DNA of 64,000 nt from Chiloscyllium plagiosum. Lineage: Eukaryota. Shown here one piece after another: positions 51,039 through 61,894 of the stretch. The position numbers and the translations under genes were made by a program. Numbering within the stretch: the first letter of the stretch is position 1; each line of letters starts with the position of its first letter. The notes beneath the pieces were generated by a model. That model worked only from the letters and a program-made list of their open reading frames with translations, had not been told where the DNA came from and made no database searches. The stretch lies in contig NC_057728.1 in assembly GCF_004010195.1 (NCBI RefSeq), positions 26,936,699 through 27,000,698 of the forward strand, written 5' to 3'.

Positions 51039-52443
51039 TCTTAATGACATGCTGATTAAGTGTTTGGAAGTTCATTTCAGAGTCAAAAATGACACTAAGA
51101 TTGTGAACAGTTTAGTTCAGCTTCAAACAGTAGAATGACAGAGTCAATTGCTAGGGAATAGAGTTTGTTAGTGGAATTGAAGACAAAGGCATTGATCTTC
51201 CCAATGTCCAAGTGGAGCACATTTCTGACATTTTAGTATTGGATGGTAGATGCAGTCTGTCAATTTATATACTGTGGGCAGGTCAAGAGAGGCCAATATC
51301 ATGTAATCTCCGGCAGAGATAAGATGATCAGAGATAATCTGCAGCAGGATGTCTGTGAAAATTTTATGTTAATGAAAACATTACAAAGTTACTGTTACTC
51401 ATCTAACTCCAGATGAGTAGAATATTCAAGAACAATGCTAAGGTCACGTCAATCTGCAGTGCAATAAATCTGCCCAGAATCATTTTCATTTTAGTGATCT
51501 TTTTAGTTTTGATTCCAGCCAGATTTGCAGATTGAAGCAACTCCAGAGGCAGTGAACCTACATCTAAACTGTGGGTGAGCTGTGCTCAGAGACACAGTGA
51601 CTGGGTATTAGATCTCTATATCAGTGGCTAACCCAGAATCCACAACAGAAACATTGGGGGCTTACAGCATGTGGGGATGCAACAAAGCTCTGGACTGTTT
51701 CTGGGAGGCATTCCCCAGGATCACATCATACACAGTCTCTGCCTGCCAGTTGTCACAGCCTGTAAGCAGTAAGCCTTCTACTGCCTCAACTGACAAACTG
51801 AGGGACCCACATGCCAGCAGATTAAAGGCATGTAAATTAGATTATACCTCATTGCAGCTTGGATAGCTCACTGGTGAGTGGATGGGGCACTCTGCATTCT
51901 GTCTGCCACTTATATTTTTTCTCTTTAGCATTGGTACTGTAGATGGTGTCGTGCAATGTCTGGGCTAGTAAACTAGAACCCCAGCCTCATGCTCTGGGCA
52001 CATGGGTTGGAACCTCAGCATGGCAGATGATAACATTTGAATTCATTAAAAAATCTGGAATTAAAAGCTAATGTGCCCCCAGCAAATCACTTTGATCTAA
52101 GGCAATTAGACATAGACAATAAATGTTAGTGCAGCCAAGGTGGCCACACCCAAAGATTGAATGAAAGAAGGTATAAATAAGTTTGATTTGAGTCTTCTGA
52201 ACCTAAAGGGTGTGAATTCAGAATAACATATTTTGACATTGAGTGTTACTTAAATGTAACAAATGGATGAGGAAGAAAATTAATTTCAATATTTTTGGTC
52301 ACCAGAACACTATGGATAGACAACTGGAACTTATCAATTACCCATTATTTTAGGGACAATTGGAACTTGAACAGCACTGCTCAGACAAAATACTTAAGCT
52401 GTCTACTTGAAATAAGAACAAGAATTGGGATTATTTTCAGCTG

Positions 52444-52793
52444 TTGAAAAATGTGGTGCTGGAAAAACACAGCAGGACAGGCAGCATCCGAGGAGCAGGA
52501 GAATCTGGGGGGAGGGGAAATGAGGAAGCTGGAGAAATCTACATTCATCCTGTGTGGTTGGAGGGTTCCTATGCGGAAGATGAGGCGCTCTTTCTCCAGG
52601 CGTCGTATGGCCAGGGTCTGGCGATGGAGGAGGCCAAGGACTTGCATGTCCTTGGTGGAGTGGGAGGGGGAGTTAAAGTGTTCAGCCGCAGGGCGGTTGG
52701 GTTGGTTGGTGCGGGTGTCCCAGAGGTATTCCCTGAAACGTTCCTCAAGTAGGCGGCCTGTCTCCCCAATGAAGAGGAGACCACATCGGGTGC
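52444..52793 (-). mobile_element. Penelope-like element fragment encoding the GIY-YIG endonuclease C-terminal half, 14-bp TSD
   Basis: Minus frame CTRCGLLFIGETGRLLEERFREYL...AEHFNSPSH...MQVLGL...RRLEKERLIFRIGTLQPHRMNVDF; TSD attattttcagctg at 52430-52443 and 52794-52807. Confidence 0.9.
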
Positions 52794-53414
52794 ATTATTT
52801 TCAGCTGGAATTGATAGGAATTGAGAACAAAAGATGAGGAAGGTTAAAGGACTAAATAGTTTTATTGAAGAAATATGTCCTAGCTGGAACATTTGAAAAA
52901 AAAATCACAAATGTACTTTGTTGACATAAACATAATAAGTGTTATATTATAATCAGAACTAATTGAAGGATTGTTTTGAGTAAACTATTTTAATTAGAAG
53001 TTAGTGAAGATACTGATATCACCAAAAGTGACCATGAAGTTCAGCCACGAAAAGTCTGTGGATTCATTGTGCCGTGAAATGAGAGAGAAGTTCCAAATTG
53101 ACTTAAAAGAGTATAATATTAAAAGGTATTGATCTGCTAGAGTGAGTGAGACTCTATTAGTTTTTAGTATAAAATAAAAATATTGCTCATATATCTGTGA
53201 TTGAAAGCGGCCATGACAGAAACAAAAGTGGCAGATGTATTCTAACCATTGCCCTTTATGAGTCTTGAGCTGTTTGATAATAACATAGTGAATCTTGCCT
53301 TTAAACATGAGTCAGTCACGCTCCATATTGTTGAGGTGATATGGCTTTGAATAATTTAGTGTTAAAATTGTTGACTTTACAAATCCGTCATATAAGGATT
53401 CTGAGAGGTGTGGT

Positions 53415-53428
53415 GTTGTCATGGTAAC
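53415..53428. promoter_or_regulatory. RFX X-box motif
   Basis: GTTGTCATGGTAAC within the near-palindrome GTGTTGTCATGGTAACAC. Confidence 0.4.
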
Positions 53429-55016
53429 ACATCTAGCAAGCTATGTTACCATGTTTGGAAACTGGAATAGGTATATTGATGCCGTTTGGTAATGCACTGA
53501 CAGGATTGATCACGTGAATATAAATTTGCCAAGTTCAAGAATTTGATTATAATCAATTTCATTGATGTGACTGTTGTGTTGAAAGTTTATTAAACAATTC
53601 AGAAAGTAGGTACATTAAAGTGGGCTTTCAGAGCAACTGCTTCAGAAATCCGAAGGTGGGTAGTGTGAATTTGTGAAGGTAGAATTTACCAGAAGGTAGT
53701 GTGACTTAGTCAAATTAAGGGCCATGAATGTGAGAAAACTAGCAGGTGTGAATGTAGAAAACGTGAATTGATAATGTTGGTAAGCTTCAATCCAGTTTTT
53801 GTTTTCTCACAATAATGAACTGCCTTGGCCAATATGAGGAATGACTTTCTCTTTAATGGTGACCTTTGAACATTATCCATCCTTTTGCAATGCTCAGTAT
53901 GGCTGACTATGCCATTCACCGCTAATGCTTCTCCTCCATTGTGCAACTGTACTGTGTACTGGGCTTGCATGATTCTATTCCTACCTGTTTAAGTGCATAC
54001 GTGCACTTCTATGCTTTGCTTCCATCTCGTGCATTGCCATCTCTGGAAACTGCACTGCACCCTTCCAGAGATCTACCTTGATTCCCCTCCTCTTCCTTGT
54101 CTACATGCCACAATCTGATAATAATATGGGTGAACATTCAACTAGAAGATACTAATTTGAGTTAAAAGGATCTAAAATAGGAGGATTAGAATTAAAGATT
54201 CCCAACTAATCCAATAAATGAACAATGGGAGGCCTTCAAAGAGGAGATAGTTTGTATACATGGAAACAGAGAAAATTTACAACACAGAAGTATATCACTT
54301 GAACCATCCTGTCTGCCAGCCAACAATAATTACCCAGTCTAATCACACTTCCCCTTCCTTGTTCTTTCACATTATAAATTATGGCATTTCAAGTGCATAT
54401 CCAACACTTTTCTTAAATGTGATGAATGTCTCTGCCTCAAACACACCAGTCACTCAACCTCTGAGCTTGTGCAAGGTTTGTGAAGGTTTGTAGCTCAGTT
54501 GAGGTTTATGGTGTAGGTTTGCTCGCTGAGCTGTAGGTTTGATATCCAGACGTTCAGCCAGACTACTACGACCCCTCAGAATCCTAGTAGCACACAAACC
54601 TACCAACACTCTCAAACAAAAACTAACAAACTTAAAAGACCCAGTACAACCCATGGACAAAACCAACATCATCTACAAAATTCCATGCAAGGACTGCCAC
54701 AAACACTACTTAGGTCAAACAGGAAGAAAGTTAGCCACCAGGATACACGAACACCAGCTAGCCACAAAAAGACACGACCCTCTCTTCCTCGTAGCCCTAC
54801 ACACGCATGAAAAAAAACACCATTTCAACTGGGACAACACATCTATCCTGGGACAGGCTAAGCAAAGACATGCTAGAGAATTCCTAGAGGCCTGGCATTC
54901 CAACCACAACGCCATAAACAAACACATAGGTCTAGATGCCATCTATCAACCCCTCAGAAAATAAACAGGAAATGACATCACCACAAACCCCAGGAACCCC
55001 ATCCAGGGGAAAGATA

Positions 55017-55319
55017 TTAGATTAGATTACTTACAGTGTGGAAACAGGTCCTTCAGCCCAACAAGTCCACACCGCCCCGGCGAAGCGCAACCCACCCATA
55101 CCCCTACCTTTACCCCTTACCTAACACTATGGGCAATTTAGCATGGCCAGTTCACCTAACCTGCACATCTTTGGACTGTGGGAGGCACCCGGAGGAAACC
55201 CACGCAGACACGGGGAGAACGTGCAAACTCCACACAGTCAGTTGCCTGAGGCGGGAATTGAACCCAGGTCTCTGGTGCTGTGAGGCAGCAGTGCTAACCA
55301 CTGTGCCACCGTGCCGCCC
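55017..55319 (-). mobile_element. Young HE1-type SINE nested in the Penelope pLTR
   Basis: Near-identical antisense of 13618-13924. Confidence 0.93.
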
Positions 55320-55382
55320 ACTAAATATAAATATATATAAATAGAAAGCAGGAGACAACAGCTTCGCTTCACTTGGAGGTCG

Positions 55383-55422
55383 CCACTGATGATGTTATCT
55401 AGCCAGGTAATGAAACATCTGG
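55383..55422 (+). ncRNA. Minimal type I hammerhead ribozyme motif in the Penelope pLTR
   Basis: CCA-CUGAUGA-UGUUAUCU-AGCC-AGGUAAU-GAAA-CAUC-UGG with stem I CCA/UGG. The inverted copy near 54545-54556 preserves the ancestral CGUC. Confidence 0.72.
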
Positions 55423-56248
55423 ATATCAAACCTACAGCTCAGCGAGCAAACCTACACCCTCTGAGCTTGTGTTTAAGTAACCACAAGATTTCATGCTCAG
55501 CTTACAACGTAGGAAATGAGAGGCATTCTGGATTTCTCAAATAGCACAGAAATTGGAGGCAACATGTCTCATTATCCTGTCAGTTGCTCAAGAGATCTTT
55601 TACTCTAATTATTTAGGTTTTGTATGGTCATTTGACTTATTCTAAATAAAGTTCCCATTCTTGCCAAATTTCTGTAACAAGGTACACCCAGCTCTGTGCT
55701 CACATTGTACATATAAAATGCTACACAATCATTAATGAAAATAATGTCAAAAAACTGTTTTAGTGGTGATGGGCAGAACATCAGGAGTTGATGTCTTCTT
55801 GTCTTCTCAAAGTGCCATTGAATCTTTCATGTTCACCTGTACAGTTATAGTTAGAGTTATATACCAATTGTTTGTAATTGTTTACCTGTTAATATAGTCT
55901 AATTACTTGTGATAAATACCCTCACAATTTTTATTAAATGCAGAAGCCTAACTATGCTTTCATTTAATCTGAGACTGGAATTCCAATGTGCTAACCAGTG
56001 AGTCATGACAATGTGAACTTATGACAATAATCATTCTGAGTAATGGGTGATATTAATTGGCACTGTTAAAATACGTAATATGATGACAAAAGTTGTGAAT
56101 ATTAGTATTATCATTGGGAGAGAGGAAACATTTGAATTTGGACTACATGAACTGTGACAGTAAAGAAATAATTGTTATTTGCATAACATACTCTTACATC
56201 AGAAAGTGTTTCGGATTCGATGAATTGTTTTAAAATGAAGTCAATGTT

Positions 56249-57329
56249 TTTACAGCAGCACACCCAATAACTTCGATATCAAAGAAAATCTCCAGCCATG
56301 CCCTATGATGCTGAAAGACTGTCTCACATATTTCTACATTGTCTTCATATCTCACCTCTTCTGCACTATCGTCCCTGTGCCGATCTGTGCGGGAGACCCT
56401 CCCACAGTGCAGCTCTCTCCGAGCTCTTACACACTCTCATGATTGACTCATAAATATTACAGTAAATGGGCCTAAAGATCTTAGTTATAATAGAAAGATA
56501 TACAATAAACATTGGAAAAGTTGAAATAGAAATGAATTTTAAGGTATCAAATGTGATGTTGTGGTATAATACAAAGGGGGCATTTATTAAACGGTTATAA
56601 AATGACTGAGACTAACATTACTGAAGAATTAGAAAAAACACAGCCTGTCTGTATTGTGCAGCAGGTTGTAATTTCCAAACAGAAGAATGTGGGTGAAATG
56701 AGGTAGCAACTGGAAAAGAATGAGTCACCTGGGAAAACAAGAGGACAGGAACATTTAAAATGAAATCTATAATAAATCTGTGTTTCTAAACGATTAATAC
56801 TGCACAAGAGAATGATAGTAAACCTGTTTTTCCCATAGCCTAGCTGCAGGTGTCAGGTCATATTACCGGACAGCAAGGGAGAAGATGTTTTGCTTTCAGC
56901 AGTTAAATAATTGCTGGTGAGACCCAAGCAAATGGCCCAGGTTATCTTCCTGCATAATAAATAACTGTCTAGTATCTAATACGACTATGGGGAGGGAAAC
57001 ATAATTTAATTCGGTACATGTTGCAATTGGCTGATAGGCTGAAAGGGAGGGAAAGAAATGAAGTCACTGCAGACTCCCAGTTTGCACTGGGGTTTTGTGG
57101 GGTGGGGGTGTAGTACTGACAGAGAGTGTGTAAGAGCTCGGAGAGAGCTGCACTGTGGGAGGGTCTCCCGCAGAGTCCTGTTACAGTGCACAGATCGGCA
57201 CAGGGACGATAGTGCAGAAGAGGTGAGATGTGAAGACAATGTAGAAATATGTGAGACAGTCTTTCAGCATCATAGGGCATGGCTGGAGATTTTCTTTGAT
57301 ATCGAAGTTATTGGGTGTGCTGCTGTAAA
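56249..57329. repeat. Long inverted repeat: arms 56249-56438 and 57122-57329, ~680-bp spacer
   Basis: Arms are reverse complements apart from one substitution and an 18-bp indel (gagtcctgttacagtgca present only in the right arm). Confidence 0.92.
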
Positions 57330-60051
57330 TGAAACATATTTATGTGCTTTCAGAGTTTCTAAAACCTTACTGTACATGTTAAGAAATGACATGAAGTATG
57401 TTGTATCATGCAATCTAAACCTTGTGCACTGCACAGAATGCAATTTTTTCACCGCGATTTCGATTTTAATGAGGTATCTCTTTGCTATGGATACATTAAT
57501 TTTGATTTTAAAAATAACAATTTATAAGCGAATGGCCGGGAACTGGTTGAAGGAAAGACTAACACTTCTTGCAATTAGGAATATGGGCAGGAAGCTGTCT
57601 AGTTTCTGAAACGATTTGGTGGTGGAGGTTGGAAACAAGCTGTGATTGTTTTACTAGCGGTGGTTCCACTATCGTGCTTATTGCTGTTGAACATACAATG
57701 TCAGAGGCAGTACTTTGAGAAGAGTGAGCGGTGTGTTTTATTTTGTGTAGGTGTGTGTGGAGGGTTTGTAGTGTGTCTGCCCTGCTGATCATTGTCAAGC
57801 ATTGTAATCAGTATAGGACTGAACATGACAGCTTGCTGGGGATTAATGAGATGCGGCAACATTGCCCTGCAGAACGAAGACAGCAGCACTCCTCAATCCC
57901 CCCCCCACACACACAAAATGTATTTTAAGAATATTCTACTTTTTTGAAGGGCACTGCTCAAGAACTAAAGTTAATGATTTGAAGGAACCCCTTTTATTTT
58001 CTAATTGGAAGATTATCGTTGTTCAGCTGACTTTCCCTATGAATTTACAACCTGTTTGAGTTCCTCCAGTTGAGAAACAGCCAGTGATAGTGATAGTGTT
58101 GTTCCAGTGAGGGCACGACTATTGGAAATCTTACCCATTGATACAGTGCTGCGTCCACGTTCAGCAATTGCCTGGATTTGTGAATATCCCCCATGTTCTG
58201 TGGGAATGAATGAGACTTGGAGGACCTCGATCAATGGTTTTAGTTAATAATATATTGTGATCAACCATGCCAAAGGGTGAAGGAGTCTGGAGTGCTGGAG
58301 AAATTCAGCATGCCTAGCAGCATCTGTGCAGAGAGAGGTATGACTTCTTCTGAAAAGTCACAGGTGCTGCTCAGAGCTGCTGAGTTTCTCCATGTTAGTT
58401 TCAGATTTCCAGTATTCAGCAGTATTTTGCTTTTAGGTTAAAGAATTCTCTCGGCGTCCCTGCACCTGGTTGTTGACCAATGGTTGTTGGTGAACAAGTG
58501 TGGGTACCTTTGAGATAGATCTGGATTTGGCTCCAACACTGAATAGCAGCTGGACTCACACATGAGGGGAACACTTGGCTGAGGAGCCACAGCTGCCAGA
58601 AGTTGTTAGTATCAGAGAAACTCCAGGGGACTTTAAATTCTGGTGAAACAATTTTTTTAAGAATGAGACTCTTTAATTTGACTTCTCATTGCTAGTTCAA
58701 TGCAAAGGAGCCAACACAAAATATTTAGCTTCCAATTGATCCTTTTTGTATTCAGGAGACACACTGCATTTTATTCAGCACGGGTTTTCTCTAATCTCAC
58801 TAAAATCTTCCTTGGATGTCTGATAACTAACTGATAGACAGAGATCTGGGGGAAGCCGGTTTCTAATTCATTAGAAATGGTACCCTCCTTTGACTAACAA
58901 GAGGACATGAGAAAGTTTTGATGATAATCCATGCTTTCAGATTAACACCTTTCCTTGGGAAATGCCACATAAAGCATCCATGATCCCCTCGCAGTACTGT
59001 TGAGATGAAGTGTAGTGACAGACCATTGGTGTAAATCAATTTCTGAACACAATACAAATCTCATTAGAAAATGGTGGTTTAGACAGATTCCAGTATAATG
59101 CATATGGTACATTTCTAATTCTCATGCATGGTTTCAATGCAAATTGGGAACAATTTTCAGCATGAAGCACTCCCACAATTTTCCCCATTCTTGATATAAA
59201 TAGACACACTGCCAGGAAGCACTTAGAACACATTGTGGAGTATTCTTGAGTTAAAAATGGAAGCATTCCCACATATTTTGTGATACGTGAATATAATTTG
59301 TGCTTGAATGCCTGGAGTGAGGTTTCACAGTAAAACAGCTGGTGCTGCAAGCAGTCGGGCACAACCTGTTTTTGGTTTCACTGCTCTAATAAGGAACAGA
59401 CTGGTACCTGTATCACATGGCAGACTCATGGTCTTTCTGGGTAGGCTATTATTAGTATTATTCAAAACTACTGAAAGGGTCACTGGATACAAAATTTTAA
59501 CTTTGTTTTCTGAACGTAGAAGCTGCCATACCTGCTGAGTTTCTCCAGCAATTTCAGTTTTTGTTTCAGATTTCAAGCATCAGGAATTCTTTGTTTTACT
59601 CTCTGACAGGGTAGTGTCTGGCTCTTATTGTAGCCTTTCCTCTAAACATTTGGCAAAGAGGGTGACCTGTACACAGTTATCAACGTAATCTGAACACTTT
59701 GCTTGTTTGGTTAATTTCCAATGGAGCATTTTGTTTTTTGTCAGCCCAGAACTAGAGAGAAGGACAATCCTACTCTTGGCCACTATCCAGTGAGTCTCAA
59801 TGGTAACTACACTTTGTGTGGGATCAGGCAGCTTTCTTCCTTCCATTGCTGAAATGTCTCAACACTCAGTAGTTTGCAAAGGATTGAGCTAGTAGAACAC
59901 TGTCCTAACAATACCACTGCCCTTTAAGGGGGAAGGAAAAAATGGTGGAGGAGGGGGGTGTGTGAACAACATTTAATATCAGATGACGGCTTTGCAACAC
60001 CTTCTGCCCCTCCTCAGCCTTATTTCAGTGATGGTGTATCTTGCAAGGCAG

Positions 60052-60065
60052 GTTGCCATAGCAAC
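60052..60065. promoter_or_regulatory. RFX X-box motif (near-perfect)
   Basis: GTTGCCATAGCAAC. Confidence 0.5.
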
Positions 60066-61894
60066 ACTGCCTTTTTAAAATAATTCCAAATAAATGATCA
60101 GTGTGTTTGAGCAAATGAACTAAGTCAGCGAATTCTGAATCGATATTCCTTGTGTTTTGAGGTTGCAGTTTCTTCCGGGTTGTGTTTGATGGACGAACAT
60201 GTCATTAGCGCTATTAATGTAGATAAAAGATTACACACTCTGCTTCAGCTGACCCTATTGGTTCTCCTCTGGGGAGCTAGTGAAAAGAATTCTAGATTTC
60301 ACAGTACTGCTGAGGTGGGAGGGGAGTTCCAGCCATCATTCTGAATAGGGAACTGTTCATTTAGAATGCTTAAATCTGCCTGAGCTGGAGTTGTTAAATG
60401 AGGCAGAAAAACTCTGGGGAGCAAAAGTGATGCTGAGGTAATAAATGTACAGAGAAGAATTTTCCCTTATGAAATGGATATAAAAACGCTTGAGGGCTAT
60501 ATTTTTTCCTCAACAAAAAAACACAGGGAATGGCTGTTTTTAGTCAAGTTTACGTACATGCCAGCCATTGGTGCTTGAAATTGATGGTCAGTGTGTTGAG
60601 AGTTTGGTCAGTTCCAACAGTATCACATCTGGTGGCAGATGTATACAAAGACGCCTGACTTAATGCTTCTGACCAGAATGAATACTCCATGAGTCATGGG
60701 TAGATTTCTGTCAACCGTCTATGAAGATAGCAATTCCAGGTCTTGATGTTGGGTTAGGATAGAAAAAAATAGGGGCAGAAATTGCTGGAGAAACTCAGTA
60801 GGTCTGACACTTCTGTGGAGAGAGAAACAGAGTTAATGATCATGCCAGACTTGCTGAATCTGTCCAGCATTTTCCATTTTAATTTCAGATTCCCAGCATC
60901 TGCTGTACGTTGCTTTCATGACAAGAAATAGGAGTCTGACTGTACATGACCACTTAAAACTACCAAGCAACAGAGTTACCTAATGAAGCCCTTTTATTTC
61001 CCTTTTTTTGGTTAAGAGGGCAGAGTTGGAGAGAAAATAAATGATGAGACTCCAGGTCCTGATCACCAGCAAAAACAGGTGGAGACCAGCGTTGAGCTCA
61101 GGATTAACACTGATTTTGATTAATCTTTGAACAGGCATTCTTTGATCTGATTAGCATGTGAGTGGGGTGTGGAGGAAGAGTGAGTTGGTATGTCCAGTCC
61201 AGTCCAATCCAACCCACCTCTTCACCCGTCCCTTCTCGGCACTCCCTCTCCCCAGTCATTTACTCACCCAACTGCTCTCCCCCACCCCCACCCCCATTCC
61301 AAATCACCCACCAGCCCAACAACCTCTCTGACCACTGATTCTCAAAACTACCCCTCCTTCAGTCGCTCACTCACTCAAGCTTCTGTTAATCACTCACTCA
61401 TTCACCCCTCTACTCGCCAACCTTGTCCCACATTGTCTTATCCCCATATGCATGCATATGTGCAAGTTATAACCCCTGACTTGAGAGGTCTGCGGTAAAT
61501 ATTGCTGATGAGCAGTACCTGTGGTTGGAAAGGGACCTTATCCAAGCAATCCCCTGATTTAGTCGGCTGGAGCATTGTGATTGAATAGCTGATGCAAGAT
61601 TAACCAACCTAACAAAAAGCTCTTCATTATTAACAGTGCTTGAGAACGACAAAGATTTCTGGAAGAGAAAAGTTTTCTGATGGTTCCAGTCTCCCTCCCC
61701 CCCCACACACACACACACACTCCCCAACCCAACATCTGACTAGATTACTTTTGGATATTTGATCGGCACGGATGAGTTCCATGCTGTACATCTCTCAGAC
61801 TCTATGTCTGGCACCATCACCACCCTAATGGCCTACTCATACTCTGCTTCCCCTCCTGATGGCCCCAACTGTCACTGTCTTTCCCTTCCCAACC

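Larger units (their letters stand above)
54472..55457 (+). mobile_element. 5'-truncated Penelope-like element: inverted partial pLTR, GIY-YIG domain, pLTR with hammerhead; 14-bp TSD
   Basis: ORF 54539-54964 TNIIYKIPCKDC.K.YLGQTGRKLATRIHEH...REFLEAW; 54510-54550 is the reverse complement of about 55418-55458; TSD cctctgagcttgtg at 54458-54471 and 55458-55471. Confidence 0.93.

Noticed and set aside
57058-57609. 183-aa ORF, the longest in the track, as a protein-coding gene
   Set aside because: No recognisable domain or convincing exon structure; it overlaps an inverted-repeat arm and runs into AT-rich low-information sequence.
57532-57609. ATG GCC GGG (MAG...) as the start of TTLL1
   Set aside because: The following residues (NWLKERLTLL) do not match the conserved TTLL1 N-terminus MAGKVKWVTDIEKSVL.
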